NCBI GenBank assembly: GCA_964187785.1
Contig: OZ076413.1
Location: forward strand, 43,278,001 to 43,342,000
Reading direction: 5' to 3'
Length of the DNA: 64,000 nt
Source of the DNA: Amphiscolops sp. MND2022
Lineage: Eukaryota
Below the pieces are notes generated by a model that worked only from the letters and a program-made list of their open reading frames with translations, was not told the origin of the DNA and did not search any database. A program made the translations under genes and the position numbers. Below, piece after piece: positions 11,801-20,800 of this stretch; within the stretch, counting starts at the first letter, position 1; each line of letters begins with the position of its first letter.

Positions 11801-14800
11801 ACAAAAGATAGAGTAATTCACGTTTACACAACAAACTAATAAACTCAGAAAAGTATGAAACAACATTAATTCTTCTTATCACTAGCCTTTTTGGCTTTTC
11901 CTTTTTTATTCTTGCTTTCATCAGGCTCCACTTCTGCGCTAATGGCTAAACTAATAGATACACGCTAGGAGATCTAGCCCAAACCGGGAGAGCTAGTAGT
12001 GCTTGACGAACGACTCACGCTCTCGGAGAAGTAGCTTCCAGAATTATACGCAATCCTTCGTTCTGTAATACGGACTTTCTGTAAGTTTGTAAGCAGCCTC
12101 GAACTTCTCTAACTTTGATGTCCTCCGGGCTCCACTCCCTCGCAAGAAACCCCATTTGGAGAACTTCTTATCACTGAGCAATTCTCGTTCTTGCCCAAGC
12201 AGTCGAAAATTCATTCGTCCTATGGATTTAGAATCGCCGTAGAGACTAATGACGTTAGGTACAGTGACATAAGACAACTACTCCTAACTACCGACTTGAA
12301 TGCATCCTGATCAGACTCCAACTCAGGAATAGAGACTTCAAATTTCGTAGGTATCGTCACCACAGGCGGTAAACACAGGCCAGCAATGCGAAAGACAAGT
12401 GACAATTCGGTTCGGTTCTGCATCTCATAATGTGAGCCTAGATACAGAACCCAACTACGTCTGGGGACATCTTCCTCTGTACGAAGCTTCGTTACAAATG
12501 AGCGGTATTGGCTAACTGCTTTAGTTTTGTTCCTGCTGAAATCATTCCTGTAGAAACAAAGTAACTGGTAAAGTCTTTAATTGCAGTGATGTAATGTTGT
12601 TCCCGACCATCTAGTATGACGGCATGATCAAAACAGGAAAATCCGCGAAGCAGTGCTGATTTTAAGATATCATGGGACAACAAGATGCTGCAAAAAGACT
12701 TACAGAAAGCCATGGACTGCTCAATAAATCGACTAGGTTGTGGTAGTCGACTAGAAGAAATGAGGCTATGAAAAACTGAGTTCAAAGCAAAATCGGCTGG
12801 AGTTTCAAATGGGAGATCAGATTGCGTTGGATCAATCTTCAAATATGAATCCCAATTTGCGTTGTCTCCGAGAAAGCTATCAGGTAACAAATTTTGTAGC
12901 TGGCTGTACACAAAGACAGTGAATTGGTTGAAAATCCTGCAGCCTTGATTCAACTCTCCCTGTACCTCCGAAAATGTGGAATTGTCTAAAGAAAATCTAC
13001 AATCACTTACCGTAAAGATCTACCACTACAAAGAACCTGAGCCTACCTAACTAGACAAAAGTCAATCTTGGAATGGAATGAAACTTGGAGAATATTTTGA
13101 CCCGACTAATCAAATAACTAGAATAGACTTCTACAAAGACGTAAACGTTAATACAAGTAGAGAGAATTTATGAAAGTAGGCGCGGCGTATTGAACAAAAG
13201 GCAAAGAGCAATTGCGCTCAAAACGTGTACCAAAGTTTATGATATACTCTAATCTGATTGGTCAATATAAAGGTCAGTCACTTCTGCCAGAGTGTCCGAT
13301 TACCTACTTGGCGTTAGATCATCTTTAAAAAAGTGAAAGCAAACGAACCAGCGGCAGCCTACGCATTTACTGTATGCGTATATGCGGTAGCCTGCAGGAT
13401 CCTGATATTGAATATGCGTAAACATCCGGAATTACGAATTACTGTGAACAAAATACAGCAGTATGCGTATTTACAACTTCTAAATATGCGTAAAAATGCA
13501 GACTTACAGATGAACAAAATGCAGCAGTATTCGTGTTTACGAATTACGAACATGCGTCAGTTTGCGGAAATACGAATACAGCTTATACGACACTATGCGG
13601 ATTTACAATTAAAAGAGCACGTGCTAATATACATTTTAGAAAGAAGAGCAAGTATGCTGAATATTACGTGACCAGTGGAGTTGCCTATATAGCAGTATGT
13701 TGTCACAAAATAATCGACTACATGTTAATTTTCAAATCGAGTGATGACGAGCATGCGGCATTATACGATGTTTAGCGCACAGACGAGTATCCTGTGATGT
13801 TTGTATTGGGAGAAGGTGAATACGCGGCAACAGATTGGAATAATACATACAGAGATACACAGTGAAATATGCTGAATTGATATAACAAGTGAATTCCCAC
13901 CTAATTCCACCACATACGAACTGTCTGGTGCCCATACTCGCCACAGGAAACCACGCACTTCTCAAGTGCGGGACCTTAAATGATAACCCATAATATGATC
14001 GGTTGATTTAAAAACTTCGTGGACATTGAAATAGTCATGCATTGTTTTTTCCTGATCAAAGTTTCGTTGATGCTTATTTGTTTACTTTTTCTTATAGAAG
14101 AAAACTCGAACCCAACACCTTACATGTATGGCAATTAGCCATCTTCCTCCCATATAAGGTTTTGTTAAAAACACGCAACAATGACACTCAATTTTTCTGC
14201 GGGGTTTTATCAAAATCGAGGAAATCCGAGAGGAAGGCTCATTAAATGGTCTTCACAAATTTGTAAATCGGTCACTCTTCAAAACGTTGAAAACTTGAAA
14301 CCTGAAAAAGTCTCTTTTTGTGATCCTGAAAATGAATAATCTTCAATAAAATATTGAGGAAGATTGCCTGTTTTCCCCCATTTCACCCGATGTGGTGGAC
14401 ATCTCAAGTGGATCGGCAGATGCTTTTTCCATTGCACCTGGAAACGCTACGCAACTGAAGGAAAATTTCCGGATAAACCAGCTGGGAGTAACTTGATATC
14501 TGCATTTATGGGGTCCACGGTGGATACCTTGCTTCCTAACACAAGTTCGACTGTGGAACATAATGAAACCACAAATACCTCAGGAACTCAGCTGAAGAGA
14601 GATTCAATGGAACTAATGGGAGACACCCAGTATGAACAAGCAGCTACCCCAAGCTCATTTATGGAAAGCGAGTTAGAGGAAGGAAACTTATTTCCATGGA
14701 CAGTGGAGGGTGGTCTCAACGAGAATACGAATAGTTATGGTCGCCCCACTGCTAGAATCCCTCCTACTCCGAGAGCAGATTCCAACAATAGAGGAAGCCT

Positions 14801-17800
14801 GCCGAGACCAATACCAACACCCCTGCTCAATCACAGGGCTGACTCAACAAATTTCCAATACCTACAAACGGGTCAATCGAAGGAACTTGAAGTCCGTGGC
14901 AACAGGGCTCGACCACAAGAGACCACGTCTGGAATTGTCCCGGTGTTCAGTTTATCCCCGATATTATTTCCTCTCACTATGGGAGATTGGTTGCACCCGG
15001 TGCAATTGGTTTTCCCTTTCAATACTACCCATATCACGAAGTTCTTGTTAATACCAGCACACGAGAGACAAAAAATCCGTCTTTTACTCCTATTGGTGGC
15101 GGGCCACTGCGATCTCTGTGGGAAATGTTACAAACAGATCGCTCTAGAGACGCTGAGAGAGTATCTGGTGGCTACAGAATATGAAGGCGAGACGGTCAAA
15201 GTAAAGGCGATCAGATCTAGGGCATTCATTCATGGCTTCGAAGCGGCATTGTTCCTTTTTAAAAAAGCGGGACTGTCGCATCCCTAAAGTTGCCATGGTT
15301 TCGTAGTGCAACTATGAAAAATTAACGCTTGAAGCAACTCATTAAATAAACACTTTAAACCCCATTAAAACTCAGCTTGATGATATTTTTGTCTTGTCAT
15401 GTAAATTATTTCTCAATGATGAATTTGTTCTTGGACTGGTTTCTAGGTCCGTCAAAGTCGCTTGGCTTATTTGAATCCCACTCAAATATAAAACACGTGC
15501 AGAAAGATTACAAAAGCATGATCAATCTGTTTTTGATTTTCCATTCTACGTAGTCATTCTACATTTAGGACAACGAATAAGCATCAATGAGCGCTTTGCA
15601 AATACCAAAAATGCGCCATTATACATAAAATGGCCTAACGAATATAACATTATGCGTGAAATGATTTTCGAGTATGCATCATCATACATTTTTTGAATAT
15701 GCGGTAATAAGTTTTTTTAGATGACAAGCATATGCGGTAACATACTTTTTCATCATTCTTAGTATACATTGTCATGCGGTTCAAGCAGTGACGGACATAC
15801 GCTACGGTACGCGTTTCATAATAAAACTGCGAATAACCATACGGATTGACTTAGAATGTTTATGTATTATTATTCGTTTTTGATAATAATGTTCACGTGT
15901 GTCACACGTCATTCTACGGATTAGGGTATAACGTATATGCGGCGTTATGCATTTGTTAGCCAAAAGCGCAGTGTTTGAATGTCATGCAGTTATACATCAT
16001 CAAATAGCATTCGTGTTGTTTATTATATCATTTTGCAGTGTTTTCACACGGTCTTTAGACCATTTAGTCACATTTGCATTATTGTGGAGGCGATATAAAT
16101 AGAATTACATTAAGCTGACGCTATTCTATTTTTGGTTCTCCACGATTCTATGATATTTGTAAAAATGCTTGTCGAACTTTCGTAGATTTGGAAAAAAGAA
16201 TCCGTAAAAAGCAAGGTTCAAAAGAAAATATCTCCCGTCGAAAACAGTTGAAATACCTTGTACAAATTTTGTCAAAATTCTCCAGTGTTCGTTGTTTTCA
16301 TCCAAATTTGGATCCTCAATTTGAAAAGATAATTCAAATTCTTCCCAGCAAACATAACTTGTTTTCTACTGAGCGAATGAGGAATAGCAGAAACCGAAGG
16401 TCGAGGAGGCTAGGAACCCCCTCTCCTGACTGAGGAACTAGTGGAACTAGAGTTGATTTGTCAAAAACAGGTAATATAACTTTAACTAATTCTAAATTGA
16501 ATGGTAAGGAAAATTTATCTGAATCTAATGTGGGTAGTCAGTTAAGAGAGCCCAGCCATATTAGTGATGAGATATAAATTTGGATACAGATCATTGAACA
16601 GAAAAATACTGAGAGAATAGAAAAGATGAGAGAAGAAATGAATAACAAATTAGAAGCAATTCTGAAAGAGATAAAATCCAACCAAAGTGCATCAACGGTG
16701 ACAAATCCAAGGTTTGATGTTAATGAAATACAAGATACACAACCTTCGGGATCCAAAATTGATAAGTCTAGAGGAGTTCGCGCATCTAATAACGAAAATC
16801 CAGACTCTGAAAGCGACGAATATCCTCTTAGAGCTTCAAAAATGAAAGATTTAAAACATCCTGCAAAACTATTTTTCCAAAATGAATCAGACGTAGGTAT
16901 AACGATACATTCAAATGAAGAATCCGATGAAGAGGATTATCACAAGCCTGGTGTCTAAGCTTGTTGAAAGAAGAGATAGTTGAAACTGTACAACTGTACA
17001 TTTATTTAACGAGACCATATGGTAAAAAGCGACTCAGCTAAGCTGCATCCTAAAATGGGATGTTTGTCAACAACATTTCCTTTTTTTAATGGCGCTTGAA
17101 GTTTGTTTAAAGAGCTTTATTACGCTCTACCACACGAAGTTTTCATATGAACGAATGCTGCGTTGAAAAACGTAAGTGAATGACCATAACAAGCCGTTTG
17201 TTTCTTGGTTAGTTCCCCATTCTTTTACTTTCCTTCTTGTATGTCTTCATTTTTTATTCCAAATATCAATGCAGTTTTTAAAAACGAAATTATAATAAAG
17301 TCCTAATGTTAGGGATACAAATTTTTTTGTAGTATCACAAGCTTAGTATCACATGTAGTATCACATTAAAAATATTTTGACATGAAATGAATGCCCTTTT
17401 TCAGCCATAAAAGCGGAGGAAGATTTGCAGAAACTCGATAATGCAAAGTGTTGGCTCGACATTCCTTCCCGACCGGAAATTGGTAAGAAAACCTTGCCTT
17501 CCCTTAAAAAAATGTTTCTTTGAAGAATTATCTGCTCGATTTAGGCTCAAACCTCGGAAAAGAAACTCAGACTGATAAGGAAAATGATAGATCCATTGAC
17601 GCAATCAACATTATCCAGAAGTGGTATTTGACGAAAGAACACTACATCTACAACGGAGATATTGGCTCTTATGCATACTGCGATGCAGAAGCTGCGAACA
17701 AGTCAGCTCACTTTCTGCAGGTTTGTTTTTTATAGATTGCACAGTGGAGTGCACCAATTACGATTGCGCCTGTAGCGGACTGTTTTTACTACGGACAATA

Positions 17801-20800
17801 AATTACCACCATGCAGTCACGCTATTTTTGTTCAAATCACAATCAACGTTAAGCGATTTGTTTTTATACCGACAGAAGTTCATTGGCACCGTTTGAATTT
17901 CCGTGATTTTACCAGCCAGAAACGGGGGCGGTGCACTAACCCGACGGTTCACTAAGCCGACGGTTCACTAAGCCGACGGTTCACTAAGCCGACCAAAAAA
18001 GGTCATTAAATAAATTCATTTGCTTAAAGTGGTTAGCATATCTATTGTATGGCTCGGTCGCTTCGCTCCCTTCGCCAAGTAGCAGCATTGAGGCATGGCC
18101 ATATGGCAAGTCGCTCTGCTTCGCTTCGCTCCTGCATTTAGGACACAAGAAGTATGTGGCATAGCTGACTACGTTATCGTAATGTTCGATTGACGCTATT
18201 TTGTTTACATGTACTATTATTTGGAATCTGTATTTGTCCAAACAAATTTGAGAATGAATTTAATCGCGCGTTCAGAATGCATTTAATCACGCGCTGAGAA
18301 TGAATTTATTTGGTCGGGTTAGTGAACCGTCGGCTTAGGGCGCCGCTCCCGCCAAAAACATATAGTAAAGTTTTCCCCAAACCGAAAAGTAACATTATTA
18401 TACATCCCATAGAAGTTGTCGGTTTTATGCTCAACTGGTTGACTGAATAAAAATAGCCTTCAGCTGTTTTTTTTTCTAAATTTAGAAAAAAAAGCTTTGT
18501 CATAACTCTGTTCGCTATTCTGAGGGTTTATAAAACTCTCTCCTCTATAACTAGCAGAAATACGCTGAATAAAATCCATCTTGGGTTGGTTTGGTCCCTC
18601 ACGGTTGTAACAACAATTGAACATTGATTAAAGTACAGCTATTTTTGACGATAATTATTAGGTATTGTAGACGCGCTGTTTACTGAATGATCCCTCTAGT
18701 CCCGGTTTAGCGGTGTTTATAGTCCCATCAGGGTGACAGCCAAAGTATGGATGTCGTGTTACTAAAATCAGTCTTTTACATCATCAATAGGTCATCAAAA
18801 GCATCATAATTCTTTTACACGAAACCCAATATCGCAAAATACTAATCCTCGTTTTACTTCATAAGCTATTCAAGCATTATCGTAATAATAAAAAGTCGAG
18901 GTGATTCATTTAAATTACATGTTCTCAACATGGCAACTAATAAAAGCACTAAAAACAGATAGCGGACTTTAAGTCAGGCGGACTAGACTAATTGAATGAG
19001 CAAGCAACCCGGGTCGACCCTCCATGGATATCTTAGTAAGATCTTGGCAATAAGAATTGCCATGGGATCCATGGTTGCCAAGATGTAGTAAGAATTTGGC
19101 AAGATCTTGCCAAGACAGCCAAGATGCTAGTAAGAGGGTCAACCCGGGAAGCGAGCAAGTTTTTAATAAAAGCAGTTTTGGATCGCTGTTAACTGTGCTA
19201 AACGAAGGACCAGTTGAACGCGTTTCCTTTACCTTATTATCCATGCAGTTATCCATGCTACATTAAATCAATTCTACTGCATTGTTTCAACAGTTGTCTG
19301 CAATGGTATAGCACTGGTTTATGCAAATGTACATGTTGTACCTTGTATTTGCATCAGCTCAGTTATGTAAAAGTTATATTATAAATCAGACATAACAACA
19401 AAGCAACGTGTATATGTTAGAGTTTTAGGGACTAAGTTCTGTAGTCGGACGGAAACAATGCCCCAATCCTGAATGAGGAGGACTCCAAGGGGTGCGGTAC
19501 TGAATGATGAAGGTCTGTGGTGTTATCTGGTATACATTGCCATCACAGGCCGCTGCCTGCGATACGCTTAGAAAGTTCTCAGAGCAGTTATGTGTTTCCA
19601 TAACGATCAGAGTAAATACCTGCTTACAAAAACTTTATAACGATATTTTACAGAACCAATTGTTTTGTGCAACGACGTTTTGGAGGAGCAAACACAATTG
19701 CGAATACCTCTGTATTCTCGAACTTAGTTTTAAAATCTAGTGAAATAGAAGTACGATTTGGTTTGTCAGAGAACGTGTCGTCGGATAGCCATACGCACTA
19801 GCTAACATTGCCGACAATTAGAACTGAAAATTCCTAATAGAAGCTGACATGACAAGTGAGGCATGTGAAGTATTCAACTGTCAGTTTACTAACCCGCATT
19901 CATTCCTGATTTTGAAGAATCTGTAAAATATATTGCCTAAATATACAGAATCCCACGAAAAACGAGTAACGGCAAACGCTGCTTTGAACCAATTCTTCCG
20001 ACAAATTCCTGTCATTTAGCCTGAAGGTTAGGATGCGTTGCACGGGACAGTAAACTGTTTTATTGTTTCCAACTTTAGTGGCATCAGATGTCTCCCCGTA
20101 TATTTTTTCCCGCGTTATGCGACGTTCTACTTAATCAAAGAACCATCATTTTGGTATCTTCGTTGTTTGCTGTGAGAGAAGAACGTTTTTGAGGCACAAA
20201 AACACCATTTGGGCTTTTAGACGTTCTTACGTCTGTGGGACTTGAAAACATGCAATCAGCGTTTTCGAATGAAGTCCCGGCTTTGAGCCAGAAGTGGTGC
20301 GTTGACTTCGGACTCTTTGGTCTTTTTCTTTTGAAATGTCTCAAGGCGGATTCCCCCTTTTTAAAATTTACTCCGATCGATCTTGGGCCTCAAATGCTGG
20401 CAGTGACTTGCTTGCCAGAATCACCGCCTATCTAGGTTCTAAAAATGTTTCTGAGTAGAAAGTTTGATTTTTCGTTGAAAATCAATATTCTTAAGAACAA
20501 GGCAAAGAATCAATCACTTCCAGAGCTCTTTTCCGAACAATTTTTGAACAAACTAAATATAACACACTCAATGTGGAGTGCTTTGTGATCGGAGCTTGGA
20601 TGAATTGCCACATTCTGCTTTTTCTTCTGCACTAAACAGTGCCAAAAGGACTAAAGTATAAGTAAGAGGGGAATGTCTTGAGTCGGCGCCTCATCTAATG
20701 CTCAAAAAACGTTCAAGTGTTCAAAAGTGTTCAAGATATTCTATTGACGTTTTTATGAAAAACTCACAAGATGTTGAAACACCCGAAGGGTGCCTTTTGC

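Larger units (their letters stand above)
4453..16944 (+). mobile_element. Ty3/Gypsy LTR retrotransposon B with both LTRs, extra ORFs, internal deletion and nested BEL/Pao
   Basis: Two ~1.67-kb direct repeats with TG...CA ends; TSD AGCGT (4448-4452) / AGCCT (16945-16949); PBS after the 5' LTR; PPT before the 3' LTR; gag and integrase C-terminal remnants. Confidence 0.92.

Noticed and set aside
14364..14490. N-terminal His/Cys cluster (HFTRCGGH...CFFHC) as a zinc finger
   Set aside because: It lies upstream of the first in-frame ATG; another frame from 14332 looks more like the real N-terminus.
17935..17995. Short direct repeats resembling a CRISPR array
   Set aside because: Units are contiguous with no spacers, lie within a MITE TIR, and the context is eukaryotic with no cas genes.
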